From an uncultured Rhodobacteraceae bacterium (GTDB taxonomy: Bacteria > Pseudomonadota > Alphaproteobacteria > Rhodobacterales > Rhodobacteraceae), in assembly GCA_937922155.1 (NCBI GenBank), contig CAKZVL010000049.1:9004-73003 (forward strand): DNA of 64,000 nt, in the 5' to 3' direction. Positions 28,992-40,694 of this stretch are shown here, in pieces. Below the pieces are notes generated by a model, which saw only the letters and a list, made by a program, of their open reading frames with translations, searched no databases and was not told the DNA's origin. A program made the translations under genes and the position numbers. Position 1 is the first letter of the stretch. The number at the start of each line of letters is the position of its first letter.

Positions 28992-29345
28992 CTAAACCGG
29001 GATCAACGCCAATCCGACCCGACGCCCCTCGCTCAACAGCACGTTATAGGTCCGACAAGCTGCAGGCGATGACATGGGTTCAACGCCCAGCCCTGCGCTT
29101 TCAAGCTCGTCGCGGAACGCTGTAGGAAGATGCGCAATTTCGCCGCCCGTCCCAACGAACAACACGTCAATCTGATCCGCTTTCGCAATAAGACTGGCGC
29201 TATCCTCAAAGCCTTTCCAAGCCTTCACCCCAGATGGCAGAACGACGACAGGCCCCTGAAAGACCTCTCCGCCAATGCGAAAGAACCCCGGCCCATAGCC
29301 GTCAACGGGTTTGCTGTCGTCATACTGAACCTCATTCAGCCGCAT
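28992..29345 (-). CDS. Mth938-like (DUF498) domain protein
   Basis: 117 aa with a DGYGPGFFRIGGEVFQGPVVVLP pattern. Its start overlaps the secF stop. Confidence 0.65.
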   Translation of the reverse strand: MRLNEVQYDDSKPVDGYGPGFFRIGGEVFQGPVVVLPSGVKAWKGFEDSASLIAKADQIDVLFVGTGGEIAHLPTAFRDELESAGLGVEPMSSPAACRTYNVLLSEGRRVGLALIPV

Positions 29346-30313
29346 CAGCCACCCACGTTCGCATACTGGTTTCCAGCCGTGTTATCCGGCTTGGACCAAT
29401 CGCGTTTCACGCCCAGAACCAGCAACGTGGCGGAGGCGACAAAGATCGACGAATAGGTCCCTATAAAGACACCCCACATCATCGCAAAGACAAAGCCGCG
29501 GATCACATCACCGCCAAGAATGAACAGCGCCAACAGCGCAAGCATCGTGGTGACAGAGGTCATCAACGTCCGGCTCAACGTTTCGTTGATCGACAGATTC
29601 AACAAATCTTTCAGCGACTTTTTCTTGTACTTGCGCAGGTTCTCTCGCACCCGGTCAAACACAATAACGGTATCGTTGATCGAATAGCCCACAATGGTCA
29701 AAAGGGCGGCAATGATGGCCAGATCAAACTTGATCTGTAGCTCTGAAAAGATACCAATCGTCAGCACAACATCGTGCACCAATGCCAGCACAGCCCCAAC
29801 CGCAAACTGCCATTCAAACCGCAGCCAGATGTAAAACAAGATTGCACAAACGGCGAGGGCCACAGCAATCGCCGCCGTCTTGATAAGCTCACCAGAAACC
29901 TTAGGCCCTACGGATTCAACGGCTGTAAAACTGATCGTCGGGTCAACGGCTTCCAAGGCGCTTTGCACCTGTCCGATGGTGTCATTGCTGACGCTTTCTT
30001 GGCCGTCTTGCGATTGAATGCGGATCATCGCGACGTGTTGATCGGCGGCAAAACCGGGGTCAAACACCTCTGTGATCGACACATCCCCCAATTCCAGCGG
30101 CGCAATGGCGTCGCGATAGGAACCAACGTCAATTTCGGTTGTGGATTGCGTGCGGATCGACGTGCCACCTTGAAAATCAATGCCATAGTTCAGCCCCTGA
30201 AACAGGAACGACGCAAAGGCGATGATCACCAGTGTCGCAGAAATCCCCAGCCAGATTTTCGCCCGGCTAAAGAAATCAAAACTTGTTTGATCCTTGATGA
30301 TTTTAAATCGCAT
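29345..30313 (-). CDS. secF: Protein translocase subunit SecF
   Basis: Canonical SecF sequence (GLNYGIDFQGGT, INDTVIVFDRVREN). The ATG at 30313 lies immediately after the secD stop. Confidence 0.9.
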   Translation of the reverse strand: MRFKIIKDQTSFDFFSRAKIWLGISATLVIIAFASFLFQGLNYGIDFQGGTSIRTQSTTEIDVGSYRDAIAPLELGDVSITEVFDPGFAADQHVAMIRIQSQDGQESVSNDTIGQVQSALEAVDPTISFTAVESVGPKVSGELIKTAAIAVALAVCAILFYIWLRFEWQFAVGAVLALVHDVVLTIGIFSELQIKFDLAIIAALLTIVGYSINDTVIVFDRVRENLRKYKKKSLKDLLNLSINETLSRTLMTSVTTMLALLALFILGGDVIRGFVFAMMWGVFIGTYSSIFVASATLLVLGVKRDWSKPDNTAGNQYANVGG

Positions 30314-30314
30314 C

Positions 30315-31949
30315 TTAGACCTCAATCGTTTTGGGGCGCGTCCGCGCGAACCAGATGGCGATGATCGCCCGTGTGACAAAAATCGCGGTAAAGACGGACG
30401 TCAAAATGCCCAGTCCCAACGTGATCGCAAAACCGCGCACAGGGCCAGAGCCCATGACAAACAGGATCGTCGCGGTGATGAATGTGGTGATGTTGGCATC
30501 AACGATGGACGACAGCGCCTTTTCATAGCCCAGCTCAATCGCGCGCGCCGGTCCTTTGGCGGTGCGCAATTCCTCGCGGATACGCTCAAACACGATCACA
30601 TTGGCGTCCACCGCCATCCCGATGGTTAAAACGATGCCCGCGATGCCCGGCAGGGTCAGCGTCGCCCCAATCAGCGATAGCAAGCCAAAGATTAGCCCGA
30701 TGTTCACCACCAAGGCCACATTGGCAAAAACGCCAAACAAACCATAGCTCAGGAACATATAAACAAGGATCGCAATCCCCGCGACGATACAGGCGATCTT
30801 ACCGGCATCAATACTGTCCTGCCCCAATTCCGGCCCGATGGTGCGTTCTTCCAAAAACGTCAGCTCCGCAGGCAAAGCCCCGGCGCGCAAGAGAACCGCA
30901 AGGTTGGTGGATTCCTCAACCGTAAAGTTCCCGGTAATGATGCCCGACCCACCCGCGATATGGCTCTGGATAGTGGGCGCGCTGATCACTTTATCGTCAA
31001 GAACAATGGCAAACGGCGCACCGATATTTTCAAGCGTATAATCGCCAAACTTGCGCGCGCCCGAGACGTTAAAACGAAAACTCACCGCCGCGCTGCCGTT
31101 CTGATCAAAATCAGGCTGCGCATCGACAAGCTCTTCACCCGTCACAACCGGATTACGCTCAAGGATGTAGAAAATGTTCTCATCCTCCACGTCCTGCAAA
31201 ATCTCATTGCCAGACCCCGGCGCTTGGCTCGGGTCGCCCGTGCGGCTGACCACTGGTTGAAAGTTCAACTGCGCCGTGGTGCCGATAATGTCTTTGACCT
31301 CTTGCGCAGATCCCACACCTGGCACCTGCACCAGAATACGTTCTGCACCTTGGCGCTGGATCGTGGGTTCGCGCGTGCCGACCTCATCAATCCGGCGGCG
31401 AATAATCTCTAGCGATTGCTGCATCGTGCGTTCGTTCACGGCTGCAATCTCAGCCTCTGACAGGCGCACGGTGATGACGCCACCCTGCCCTGACACGTCC
31501 AAATCGGTGGATCCAACACCCGTCAGCGTCTGGATCGGAACCGCAAGCCCGCGCGTGATCTCTAGCGCTTGTTCCAGCGCCTCTGGCTGTGAAATACGCA
31601 CCTGCAGCACATCCAGCGCCCCACCTTCGATCCGTTCCACAAACCCAACAATATCACGCTGTTCGGCCAGCGCATTGCGCACTTCCGGCCACAGCGCCTC
31701 GATCCGGGCTTCATGGACGTCTTCCAAATGGACCTCGGCCAGCAAATGCGCACCGCCCCGCAGATCAAGCCCAAGGTTCACAAGCCCGGATGGCAAAAAC
31801 GACGGCCAGGAATTATCCTCAGCCCCCATCGCCGTCGCGTCATTGTGACCTTCGACCCGACCATAAAAGCCATTCGGCATGGCGAGCATTAGCCCAACCA
31901 CAACCGTCAACCAGATCATGACCTGTTTGGCCGGCGAAATCTGCAGCAT
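30315..31949 (-). CDS. secD: Protein translocase subunit SecD
   Basis: 544 aa with LGLDLRGGAHLL and AVDANVIVFERIREE motifs. Confidence 0.92.
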   Translation of the reverse strand: MLQISPAKQVMIWLTVVVGLMLAMPNGFYGRVEGHNDATAMGAEDNSWPSFLPSGLVNLGLDLRGGAHLLAEVHLEDVHEARIEALWPEVRNALAEQRDIVGFVERIEGGALDVLQVRISQPEALEQALEITRGLAVPIQTLTGVGSTDLDVSGQGGVITVRLSEAEIAAVNERTMQQSLEIIRRRIDEVGTREPTIQRQGAERILVQVPGVGSAQEVKDIIGTTAQLNFQPVVSRTGDPSQAPGSGNEILQDVEDENIFYILERNPVVTGEELVDAQPDFDQNGSAAVSFRFNVSGARKFGDYTLENIGAPFAIVLDDKVISAPTIQSHIAGGSGIITGNFTVEESTNLAVLLRAGALPAELTFLEERTIGPELGQDSIDAGKIACIVAGIAILVYMFLSYGLFGVFANVALVVNIGLIFGLLSLIGATLTLPGIAGIVLTIGMAVDANVIVFERIREELRTAKGPARAIELGYEKALSSIVDANITTFITATILFVMGSGPVRGFAITLGLGILTSVFTAIFVTRAIIAIWFARTRPKTIEV

Positions 31950-31970
31950 ATTCAGCCCCTTGAACGGCGT

Positions 31971-32252
31971 TTATTTGGCCGGTTCGGTCTTGTTGACAAC
32001 TTGCGCGATGGTGGATCGAACAACTTTGACGTTGACGCCTGATGCGATCTCAACCTCGATCTCACCTGCGTCGTCTTTGACTTTGGTCACTTTACCCAAA
32101 AGGCCACCTTGCGTGATAACTTGATCGCCCCGGCGCAATGCTGCGACCATGGCTTGGTGTTCCTTCAGCTTCTTCTGCTGAGGTCGGATCAGCAAAAAGT
32201 ACATGATCCCAAAGATCAGAATAAGAGGAACGAGTGATTCAAAACCCTGCAT
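31971..32252 (-). CDS. yajC: Preprotein translocase subunit YajC
   Basis: 93 aa with the YFLLIRPQQKK motif, located upstream of secD. Confidence 0.88.
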   Translation of the reverse strand: MQGFESLVPLILIFGIMYFLLIRPQQKKLKEHQAMVAALRRGDQVITQGGLLGKVTKVKDDAGEIEVEIASGVNVKVVRSTIAQVVNKTEPAK

Positions 32253-32398
32253 AGGAAGTCCTTATACTTATCGTGTCAGACCCGCGAATGCAGGTCTGTT
32301 AAGTCGCGGCACATTAGGAGCGCTGCGCGGAAATGGCAACCGCCTCAGGGCGCGTATTGCCCCTTTCCCTGTGATGATTTCAGTGCATATGGTAGCGC

Positions 32399-33103
32399 AT
32401 GTTCAAAGCGTCAATTGCCCTGCTCACCTTCGTTACGGTTTTCTGCGCCACTTTGGTCCAGGCGCAGGATGAATATGTCGTCATGACCCCCGACAAAATC
32501 CCCGGATGGGAGGCCGTGGGCCGCGTCACCTTCAGCCGCACGGGTGCCGGATATACCTGCACCGGCACGCTCGTCGCGCCCGATAAAGTACTCACAGCAG
32601 CCCATTGTGTGTCACTGCAATTCGACAAAGGACCATCCGCCGCCCGCAACCTCATCTTTCAAGCTGGCAAAAGCGGAACCTCCGTGGTCGAGGTAAAGGG
32701 CGTCGCCCGCATTTCCTATCATCCTGGTTATGAACCCGGCGCAGGCCTGCGCAACAACATCCCCCATGACATCGCCGTGCTTCATCTGGTCGCCCCGATG
32801 GAAAAGGTCACGCCGATGCCCATTGCAAAGGTTCACGAACGCGTTGAAACCGTCTCCTACCTTGCGCACCGCGCCAATGGCCGCAATCCGCCCCGCCTGA
32901 CCGAAGATTGCCAGCAACGCGCACTCACCGCCCGCGTGCTAGAGGTGGCGTGCCGCGCCATTCAGGGTAATTCAGGCGCCGGTGTGATCCTCGAAGAAGA
33001 CGACGGGAAAAAACTCGTCGCAGTCATCTCAGCCGCCGCCGATATGCAGTTTTACGCAGCGATCCCCGATCAATGGCTGTTGTCCCTCCTGAACACACCA
33101 TAA
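32399..33103 (+). CDS. Secreted trypsin-like (S1) serine peptidase
   Basis: A signal peptide plus catalytic-triad contexts LTAAHCV, HDIAVL and GNSGAGV. Confidence 0.7.
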   Translation: MFKASIALLTFVTVFCATLVQAQDEYVVMTPDKIPGWEAVGRVTFSRTGAGYTCTGTLVAPDKVLTAAHCVSLQFDKGPSAARNLIFQAGKSGTSVVEVKGVARISYHPGYEPGAGLRNNIPHDIAVLHLVAPMEKVTPMPIAKVHERVETVSYLAHRANGRNPPRLTEDCQQRALTARVLEVACRAIQGNSGAGVILEEDDGKKLVAVISAAADMQFYAAIPDQWLLSLLNTP

Positions 33104-33184
33104 CGCGCCTCCCAAAAAAGGCGGCTTCAAATTGCCGCGCGAATTCGTCATATGGGGCGCATATAAATTTCAGGAGACGGACCC

Positions 33185-34477
33185 ATGCACGATATCCGCA
33201 CGATTAGAGAGAACCCAACCGCCTTTGATGCGGCGCTGTCTCGCCGTGGTGTGGATGCGGTCTCGTCCCAGCTTTTGGCGATTGATACCGAACGCCGCGC
33301 AGCCATCCAAGCCGCCGAAACCGCCCAAGCTGAAGCAAACAAAGCCGCCAAAGAAGTCGGCGCCGCCAAAGCCAAAGGCGATGACGCCGAATTTGAACGC
33401 CTGCGCGCGCTGGTCGGGGAAAAGAAATCCGACATCGCGCGTCTGGGCGATGAGGCAAAAGCGCTGGACGCCAAGCTGACAGACCTGATGATCGGCCTGC
33501 CCAATCTGCCTTACGACGATATCCCCGACGGCGCGGACGAAGCCGACAACGTAGAGATCAACCGCCACGGCGCCCCGCGCAATTTCGACTTTGACCCAGT
33601 TGAACACTTCGACATTCCCGGCGTGAAAGACGGCATGGATTTTGAAACCGCCGCCAAACTCTCCGGCAGCCGCTTTGTGCTATTATCGGGTTCCATCGCA
33701 CGCCTGCACCGCGCCTTGGCGCAATTCATGATCGACACGCACGTGGACGAAAACGGATTGATCGAAACCATCACACCCGTCCTCGTGCGCGAGGAAATGA
33801 TGTATGGCACCGGGCAATTGCCCAAGTTTGGCGAAGACAGCTATCAAACCACAAACGGCTGGTGGCTGATCCCCACGGCAGAGGTGACGCTGACAAACAT
33901 CGTCAACGGTGAGGTGGTCGAAGACCACTACCTTCCCCGCCGCTATGTCGCCCACACCCAATGTTTCCGCTCAGAGGCGGGCAGCGCGGGGCGCGACACC
34001 TCTGGCATGTTGCGCCAACACCAGTTTGAAAAGGTCGAAATGGTCAGCGTGACCCATCCAGACCAATCAGACGCCGAACACCTGCGCATGACCAAATGCG
34101 CAGAAGGGATTTTGGAAAAACTCGGCCTGCCCTATCGCACCGTGGTTCTATGCACCGGTGACATGGGCGCAGGCGCACGCCGCACCCACGACATCGAAGT
34201 CTGGCTGCCCGGTCAAAACCAATATCGCGAAATCAGCTCAATCTCGACCTGCGGCGACTACCAAGCGCGCCGCATGAACGCCCGCTTCAAACCAAAGGAA
34301 GGCGGCAAGCCAGAGTTCGTGCACACGCTGAACGGCTCCGGCCTTGCGATTGGGCGCACCCTGATTGCCGTGCTGGAAAACGGGCAACAGGCCGACGGCT
34401 CTGTTGACCTGCCTGCGGTGTTGCATCCCTACCTTGGCGGCAAAACCCGCATTTCAGCGGACGGAACCCTCTCCTAA
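33185..34477 (+). CDS. serS: Serine--tRNA ligase
   Basis: 430 aa with an N-terminal coiled-coil arm and class II motifs ([22 protein letters not shown]). Confidence 0.95.
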   Translation: MHDIRTIRENPTAFDAALSRRGVDAVSSQLLAIDTERRAAIQAAETAQAEANKAAKEVGAAKAKGDDAEFERLRALVGEKKSDIARLGDEAKALDAKLTDLMIGLPNLPYDDIPDGADEADNVEINRHGAPRNFDFDPVEHFDIPGVKDGMDFETAAKLSGSRFVLLSGSIARLHRALAQFMIDTHVDENGLIETITPVLVREEMMYGTGQLPKFGEDSYQTTNGWWLIPTAEVTLTNIVNGEVVEDHYLPRRYVAHTQCFRSEAGSAGRDTSGMLRQHQFEKVEMVSVTHPDQSDAEHLRMTKCAEGILEKLGLPYRTVVLCTGDMGAGARRTHDIEVWLPGQNQYREISSISTCGDYQARRMNARFKPKEGGKPEFVHTLNGSGLAIGRTLIAVLENGQQADGSVDLPAVLHPYLGGKTRISADGTLS

Positions 34478-34882
34478 AAATGCGCGATTGGGCCATGCGC
34501 CCAGTTCCGGCGGCACGGTTTGGGCGGCATCTTTTGCCGCCTCCCAACCGCGCGGTCGGATCGTGCTGTTTTTCTCATGCGTCGGGCCACCATAGCGGGC
34601 AACCAGCCAATCGCGCAGCGCCGCCAACTCGGCCTCGGATTTGTCGCGTACTTCGTCTTTAATGAAATTTAACGTGTTGGGCGCATACTTCGGATCGCCA
34701 AGCAGTCGATCCAGCGTCGCAACCGAAATATCTTCAACCTCCTTCGGCCCGTCGCGATCTGTCTTGAGTGCGTTCAGCAGTAGACCAATGACACCGGACG
34801 GTCCGAATTTGTTAACCAGTTTTTCGCCCACGGGATCATAGCGGATCGGCAAGCGTTCAAATTCTTCCCAGGAAAATCGCAC
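34454..34882 (-). CDS. Hypothetical protein
   Basis: 142-aa ORF with no recognisable motif. Its 3' end overlaps the 3' end of serS by 24 nt. Confidence 0.4.
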   Translation of the reverse strand: MRFSWEEFERLPIRYDPVGEKLVNKFGPSGVIGLLLNALKTDRDGPKEVEDISVATLDRLLGDPKYAPNTLNFIKDEVRDKSEAELAALRDWLVARYGGPTHEKNSTIRPRGWEAAKDAAQTVPPELGAWPNRAFLGEGSVR

Positions 34883-34997
34883 ATTCGCGAATGGCGCGAT
34901 CCAATGCAGCGGAATGGCTGCAATGACGTCGGGTTAATCAAGTCAGGCTTTCCAGACCTTTCGTGACCCAAATTGGCCGCTCCCACGTAACACCCTC

Positions 34998-35705
34998 ATG
35001 AAAACAAAATCCTTCCTCACGTTCATCCTTGCGCTCACCTTCGCAGCGGCACCCTTTGTGACCTCTCCGTTCATGGGGTTCACCGAAGATCAATTGCCCA
35101 TCCCACAGATCGACCCACCGGTCCAACCTGCCGGATATGCCTTTGCGATTTGGGGGCTGATCTACCTATGGCTGGCCCTCTCAGCCGGGTTTGGCCTGCT
35201 GCGCCGGGCCGATGCCATAGATTGGGACGCGGCGCGCCTGCCCTTGATCATCAGCCTCGCGATTGGCACGCCTTGGCTGGCCATCGCCAATGCCAGCGCG
35301 ATTTGGGCCACCGTCACAATCATCCTGATGGCCGCAACTGCGATGTGGGCATTAATATTGACGCCGATCTTGGATCGCTGGCTTTTCCAAGCACCTGTGG
35401 CAATTTACGCAGGCTGGCTCACCGCCGCCTCCGCCGTTTCGATTGCCACCACCATGGCCGGATATGGAATCCTGTTCGACGCCTATCTTTGGGCCATCAT
35501 CGGCATTTCTTTGGCCCTGATCGTGGCCGTGTCGGTTTACCTAACCCGCCCTAGCGCACCGGAATATCTGGCCACAGTGATCTGGGCCTTGGTCGGTGTG
35601 ATCGTGGCAAACGGGCTGACGCTACCCGTGATCAGCGGGATCGCAGCGCTCGGCATTGCCATACTTCTCGCCTTAACCTTGGCCAAACGCGCAAGCTGGG
35701 CCTAG
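34998..35705 (+). CDS. Multi-pass membrane protein, distantly TspO/MBR-like
   Basis: Five to six hydrophobic helices, and [16 protein letters not shown] resembles the TspO first-helix motif. The function is not established. Confidence 0.5.
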   Translation: MKTKSFLTFILALTFAAAPFVTSPFMGFTEDQLPIPQIDPPVQPAGYAFAIWGLIYLWLALSAGFGLLRRADAIDWDAARLPLIISLAIGTPWLAIANASAIWATVTIILMAATAMWALILTPILDRWLFQAPVAIYAGWLTAASAVSIATTMAGYGILFDAYLWAIIGISLALIVAVSVYLTRPSAPEYLATVIWALVGVIVANGLTLPVISGIAALGIAILLALTLAKRASWA

Positions 35706-37162
35706 AAGTTTTCGCCCGTATTCTTCTTAAGGTGCTTTGACAGTTTTGACTGCTGCTTCTTCGTGCGGCCCTTGAACGGGTTCTTGTCGTTCTGGTCACG
35801 CAAGGTCAGCCGGATCGGCGTGCCGGGCATGTCAAAGTCGGCGCGCAACCCATTGACAAGATAGCGAGAATAGCTCGCAGGCACCAAATCCTGATGCGAC
35901 GTCATCACAATAAAATTGGGCGGGCGCGTCTTCACTTGGGTCATATAGCGCATCTTGATCCGCTTGCCCTGCGGCGCAGGCGGCGGGTGCTGTTCCAACA
36001 TCCCCGTCAACCAACGGTTCAACTGCGCGGTCGTAATGCGACGGTTCCACACTTCATGCGCACGCAGGATCGCATCGTTCAACCGCTCCAACCCCTTACC
36101 CGTCTTGGCGGACACAGTGACAAGCGGCGCACCGCGCAGTTGCGGCAGCATCCGTTCAAAATCCAGCTTTAGCTTGCGCAGCTTGTCTTGCTTTTCGCCT
36201 TCCAAGTCCCATTTGTTCACGGCCAAAACCACCGCACGGCCTTCGCGCTCCGCCAAATCGGCAATGCGCAAATCCTGCTGTTCAAACGGGATATCCACGT
36301 CGATCAAGACGACGACAACCTCGGCAAACTTAACCGCGCGCAAACCATCGCTGACGGATAATTTCTCAAGCTTTTCTTGGACTTTCGCGCGTTTCCTCAT
36401 GCCCGCCGTGTCAAAAATGCGCATCGGTGTCCCGCTCCACTCTGTTCGCACAGAAATGGCATCGCGGGTGATACCAGCCTCAGGGCCAGTTAGCAGACGT
36501 TCCTCACCAATGATCTGGTTGATCAACGTAGACTTCCCCGCGTTGGGGCGCCCAACAATGGCAACCTGCAATGGCTTTTCAACTGTGGGAACGCGCGGCG
36601 CGTCTTCATCATCCTCGCCGACATCCACATCCGTCTCAGGCGCGTCTTCCTCAGCTTTTGCGACATTGGCATCATAGATCGGGCGCAAGGCCTCCATCAA
36701 ATCGACGAGGCCCTCGCCATGTTCGGCAGACAGACGGATCGGCTCCCCCAGCCCCAGCGCAAAGGCTTCTAGGATCGTCGCATCCGCCGCACGTCCCTCG
36801 GCCTTGTTCGCCGCCAAAATTACGTTGGCATTCTTCTTGCGCAGGATATCCGCGAAAACCTCGTCCGTCGGCAAAACACCTTGCCGCGCGTCGATCATAA
36901 ATAAGCAAACATCAGCCATTTCCACAGCACGTTCCGTCAGCCGCCGCATCCGCCCTTGCAGGCTGTCGTCGGTTGCATCTTCCAGCCCTGCGCTGTCGAT
37001 CACGGTAAAGCGCAAGTCAGCAAGCCGTGCTTCGCCTTCGCGCAAATCGCGCGTCACACCCGGCTGGTCATCCACCAGCGCAAGTTTCTTGCCAACCAAA
37101 CGGTTAAACAGCGTGGATTTGCCGACGTTGGGACGTCCCACAATGGCGAGGGTAAAGCTCAT
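35702..37162 (-). CDS. der: Ribosome biogenesis GTPase Der (EngA)
   Basis: Two tandem G domains ([12 protein letters not shown] and [12 protein letters not shown]) plus a KH-like C-terminus. Confidence 0.95.
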   Translation of the reverse strand: MSFTLAIVGRPNVGKSTLFNRLVGKKLALVDDQPGVTRDLREGEARLADLRFTVIDSAGLEDATDDSLQGRMRRLTERAVEMADVCLFMIDARQGVLPTDEVFADILRKKNANVILAANKAEGRAADATILEAFALGLGEPIRLSAEHGEGLVDLMEALRPIYDANVAKAEEDAPETDVDVGEDDEDAPRVPTVEKPLQVAIVGRPNAGKSTLINQIIGEERLLTGPEAGITRDAISVRTEWSGTPMRIFDTAGMRKRAKVQEKLEKLSVSDGLRAVKFAEVVVVLIDVDIPFEQQDLRIADLAEREGRAVVLAVNKWDLEGEKQDKLRKLKLDFERMLPQLRGAPLVTVSAKTGKGLERLNDAILRAHEVWNRRITTAQLNRWLTGMLEQHPPPAPQGKRIKMRYMTQVKTRPPNFIVMTSHQDLVPASYSRYLVNGLRADFDMPGTPIRLTLRDQNDKNPFKGRTKKQQSKLSKHLKKNTGENF

Positions 37163-37210
37163 AGTTTTCGGTTCCGATGTATCAGACCGGGCCGATACAC
37201 CCTTTTGTCG

Positions 37211-38503
37211 CTAACGGAAAGCCACCAACTGCCCATCTTTGCTCACGACATAAAGCGTACCACCGGCAACAACAGGATGGCTGGCCGCACCGCCCGGTAT
37301 CGCGACAGCGCCAGTTTCAGCGCCAGAGGTCGGATCAAAGCTGCGGATTTGCCCGTCAGATGACGCCACGATCAACCGCCCACCGGCAAGCACTGGCCCG
37401 TAGTGCGCGAACACCGTGCGCTGCTGGCGCAAACGGGTTTCCACAAATTCCGGCAATTGCGTACGCCAGATCGCAGACCCGTCTGCGGCATCTAGACGTG
37501 TCAGCTGGTTGAGGTCGTTAATCAGGAAAACAGACCCACCCGCTGGCCAGACCGGGCTGATCGACCCTTCTTCTGCAGTCCAAATCCGTTCCCCGTCAAA
37601 GCTGTTCAGCGCGACCAAGCGGCCAGAAAAATTTCCGACATAGGCCCGATCGCCCACCAAAACAGGGTCACCTGCGATGTCCGTGATATTGGCTGCCGCT
37701 TCGCCGATGCGATCACCGCTCACAATCGTGGACCAGCGACGCAACCCGCCAATGGGGAAGGCACCAACAACTTCACCAGATGGAAATGGGATTACAGCAA
37801 TGTCTGAATTGGCAGCAACGCCCGCGCCACCGCCAAAGTTGCCAACAGAAGGTGTCCCGCTAATTTGCCAAGCAATGCGCCCGCTGTCAGCCTCTAGCGC
37901 CCATGCGGTGCTATCGCGGCCTACGACGTAGACAAGGTTTCCGCGAACCGTTGGCGCCGACGCCCCCGGTGCGTCCAGATCTTGCATCCACAGCGTTGAC
38001 CCGTCTTGCGCGCTCAGCGCTGTTAGCGCACCAAAACCAGTGGTGACGTACACAACGCCATCCGCAGTGGCCAGCCCTCCACCAGACGCATCGTTTGCCC
38101 CATCGAGGCGCGGCGCAATGTTCATCGACCACAGCGTCGCACCAGATGTGCTGACGGCGGTCACCGTCGAACGCGCATCAAGCGTAAAGATGACGTCGCC
38201 TGCAACAACGGGGTCCGCGGTAATACGCGCCCTGCGACTGTCCCCCTCCCCGATATCAACGGCAAATATCTGCTGGATAGACGCCCCAAGCGCCGGATGT
38301 GTGATTTGATGCGTCGCAGAGCCATAACGATGCGTCCATTCTGCGTTGACCTGTTGCGCAGGCAGCGCGATTTGACGGGCTTCGTTGGTGAAATTTGTAT
38401 CCCCTCGGATCGAAAGCCGCTCACCGGGTAGAATGATATCTCGTTCACCGCAGCTTGCCAGTAAGGCCGCGCAGGTAAGTGCAAAGCTTAGTCGGATTGT
38501 CAC
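37211..38503 (-). CDS. bamB: Outer membrane protein assembly factor BamB (PQQ-like beta-propeller lipoprotein)
   Basis: Lipobox LLASCG, repeated beta-propeller blades, and conserved yfgM-bamB-der synteny. Confidence 0.8.
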   Translation of the reverse strand: MTIRLSFALTCAALLASCGERDIILPGERLSIRGDTNFTNEARQIALPAQQVNAEWTHRYGSATHQITHPALGASIQQIFAVDIGEGDSRRARITADPVVAGDVIFTLDARSTVTAVSTSGATLWSMNIAPRLDGANDASGGGLATADGVVYVTTGFGALTALSAQDGSTLWMQDLDAPGASAPTVRGNLVYVVGRDSTAWALEADSGRIAWQISGTPSVGNFGGGAGVAANSDIAVIPFPSGEVVGAFPIGGLRRWSTIVSGDRIGEAAANITDIAGDPVLVGDRAYVGNFSGRLVALNSFDGERIWTAEEGSISPVWPAGGSVFLINDLNQLTRLDAADGSAIWRTQLPEFVETRLRQQRTVFAHYGPVLAGGRLIVASSDGQIRSFDPTSGAETGAVAIPGGAASHPVVAGGTLYVVSKDGQLVAFR

Positions 38504-38535
38504 GGGCTGCTCCCCCTTTGGCGACTTTTGTCGCG

Positions 38536-39195
38536 CTATTGTCCGTCTTCTTCGGCGGCTACCTCTAGCGGCGCGCCTAGCGCCACAATCAGGGTTTGCG
38601 CGCGATCACGCAAGCCTTGTGTCACTTCTGCATCCTCTATGATGCGACGCAGCGCTGTAACAGCCTCGTCCGGCTGCCCTGCCGCAATCAGATCAAGGGC
38701 CAATTGTTCCTCTGCCATCATGCGCAACGATCCACCTGGCTGCGCCAGGGTTTCAAGTTTACTGGTTCTGCCGTCGCCTTCGTCCAAAAGCGCGGATTTA
38801 AACAGCGCGATGTCACGATAAATCGGATCAGCGTCATCGTTGCTGGCCAAAGCGTCCAAGGTGGCAAGCGCATCTCCGTTTTGCTCCGCTTCGACAAATG
38901 CGGCAGCGGACATCAGCGCAGCCACCGCGACGGCCGGGCCTTCAACCTCCACGTCGCTCAACGCTTGCGCGCGCGCAGCGGCGTCATCTTGGCTTACCGC
39001 CTCCAAAAGGCTATCGCCAACGGTCTGTGCCGCGGACGTCGTTTGCGCCTTGCGAAATTCGTTCCACGCCGCACCACCAACCAATAGGATCACAACAAGG
39101 GCTGCAATCCAGCCATATTTGCGCAGATAGCCGTAAAGTTCATCCTGACGGACCGCATCGTTCACTTCGCTAATGAAACTGTCTTGGTCACTCAC
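38536..39195 (-). CDS. YfgM-like membrane-anchored TPR protein
   Basis: An N-terminal TM helix (WIAALVVILLVGGAAW) followed by an Ala-rich helical domain. It sits upstream of bamB-der, as in E. coli. Confidence 0.65.
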   Translation of the reverse strand: MSDQDSFISEVNDAVRQDELYGYLRKYGWIAALVVILLVGGAAWNEFRKAQTTSAAQTVGDSLLEAVSQDDAAARAQALSDVEVEGPAVAVAALMSAAAFVEAEQNGDALATLDALASNDDADPIYRDIALFKSALLDEGDGRTSKLETLAQPGGSLRMMAEEQLALDLIAAGQPDEAVTALRRIIEDAEVTQGLRDRAQTLIVALGAPLEVAAEEDGQ

Positions 39196-39446
39196 GGCGG
39201 TGTCCTTTCAAAGAACGCTTGATTTGCGGTTACATATCGCGAAGCACAAGACATTGCCAAGAGGCGCAAAGACACGTCAATGAAAGTTTAGAAAAAAGCC
39301 GCTTGTCGCAACGATAGGCCAAGGCTAAATTGAACTGATCGGTTTAGTTTTAGAAATTATCATCTAAGTTATGTATGACGTCGTAACTCTGTCTATATGA
39401 CCCTGAATGCAGACCCACATAATTGGGCGAAAAATAGGTTGTTCGA

Positions 39447-40694
39447 ATGAAGATCGCACCCATCCTGACCGCAGTTTTGGTTTCAGCTGCACTTTACGTT
39501 GTTGTTTTCCAAAGAGATCTCTTAACCGGAAGCGCAGAACCCACGCAAGAAGCCAGTGCTGAAAGCATATCGCCTGACAGCACCTCACTTCAGACAGCAG
39601 AGGGTGATGATACAGCCGACCAGTCGATATCAGTCATCGCGATGACCTCAACCGCGCAAAAAATTGAAAGCGGGATCATCCTGCGGGGCCGCACAGAGGC
39701 CGCCCGTCAGGTGATGGTCGCCGCTGAAACATCTGGATTGGTGGCGTCAGAACCTTTGCGCAAGGGCACCTTTGTTAGCGAAGGCGACATAATGTGCCAA
39801 CTTGACCCCGGCACGCGCGAAGCCTCCCTCGCTGAAGCCCGCGCCAGATTGACCGAGGCCCAAGGCCGCGTTCCAGAGGCTGAGGCAGGTTTGATAGAAG
39901 CCAATGCCCGCTTGGCTGAGGCGGAAACGAATGTAGCCGTTGCACGTCAAGGTGTGCGCGATGGGTTTTCAACTGAGTCCCGCCTCGTCAGTGCCGAAGC
40001 CGCAGCCGAGGCCGCAAATGCGGGTATCCAGCGGGCGATGTCACAGATCGCCAGCGCCAAAGCAGGCATCCAAGCCGCAGAAGCCGCCGTCGCAGGTGCA
40101 GAAACAGAGATCGGGCGTTTAACCATCACCGCACCTTTCGCAGGATTGCTGGAAACAGACACAACCGAACTCGGCACATTAATGCAGCCGGGCAGCCCCT
40201 GCGCGACGATCATCCAGCTCGACCCAATCAAACTGGTTGGATTTGTTCCAGAAGCCGACATTGCAAAGGTGGAATTGGGCGCTCTTGCCGGTGCGCGACT
40301 AACAGACGGGAATGAGGTCAGTGGCCAAGTAACGTTCCTGTCACGTTCCTCTGATCCAACCACACGCACATTCCGGGTTGAGGTCACAGTTCCAAACGAA
40401 GATCTCGCCGTAAGGGACGGTCAAACGGTGGAAATTCTGATCGCCTCAGAAGGTAAAATGGCGCACTTGGTGCCGCAATCTGCGCTGACGCTCAACGACG
40501 AAGGACGGCTTGGCGTGCGCACTGTGGCCCCTGATAGCACGGCGTTGTTCTATCCCGTGACGCTGCTGCGCGACACGGTGGATGGTGTGTGGATCAGCGA
40601 CCTACCGGATAAGATTGATATCATTGTCCTTGGCCAAGAATACGTTATCGACGGCGTCCCCGTCGCGCCAACATTTAAGGAGGCCGAAGGATGA
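39447..40694 (+). CDS. Efflux RND transporter periplasmic adaptor (MFP) subunit
   Basis: N-terminal anchor, a coiled-coil hairpin (Ala/Glu-rich, residues 130-220) and a beta-barrel C-terminus. Its stop overlaps the RND gene start. Confidence 0.85.
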   Translation: MKIAPILTAVLVSAALYVVVFQRDLLTGSAEPTQEASAESISPDSTSLQTAEGDDTADQSISVIAMTSTAQKIESGIILRGRTEAARQVMVAAETSGLVASEPLRKGTFVSEGDIMCQLDPGTREASLAEARARLTEAQGRVPEAEAGLIEANARLAEAETNVAVARQGVRDGFSTESRLVSAEAAAEAANAGIQRAMSQIASAKAGIQAAEAAVAGAETEIGRLTITAPFAGLLETDTTELGTLMQPGSPCATIIQLDPIKLVGFVPEADIAKVELGALAGARLTDGNEVSGQVTFLSRSSDPTTRTFRVEVTVPNEDLAVRDGQTVEILIASEGKMAHLVPQSALTLNDEGRLGVRTVAPDSTALFYPVTLLRDTVDGVWISDLPDKIDIIVLGQEYVIDGVPVAPTFKEAEG

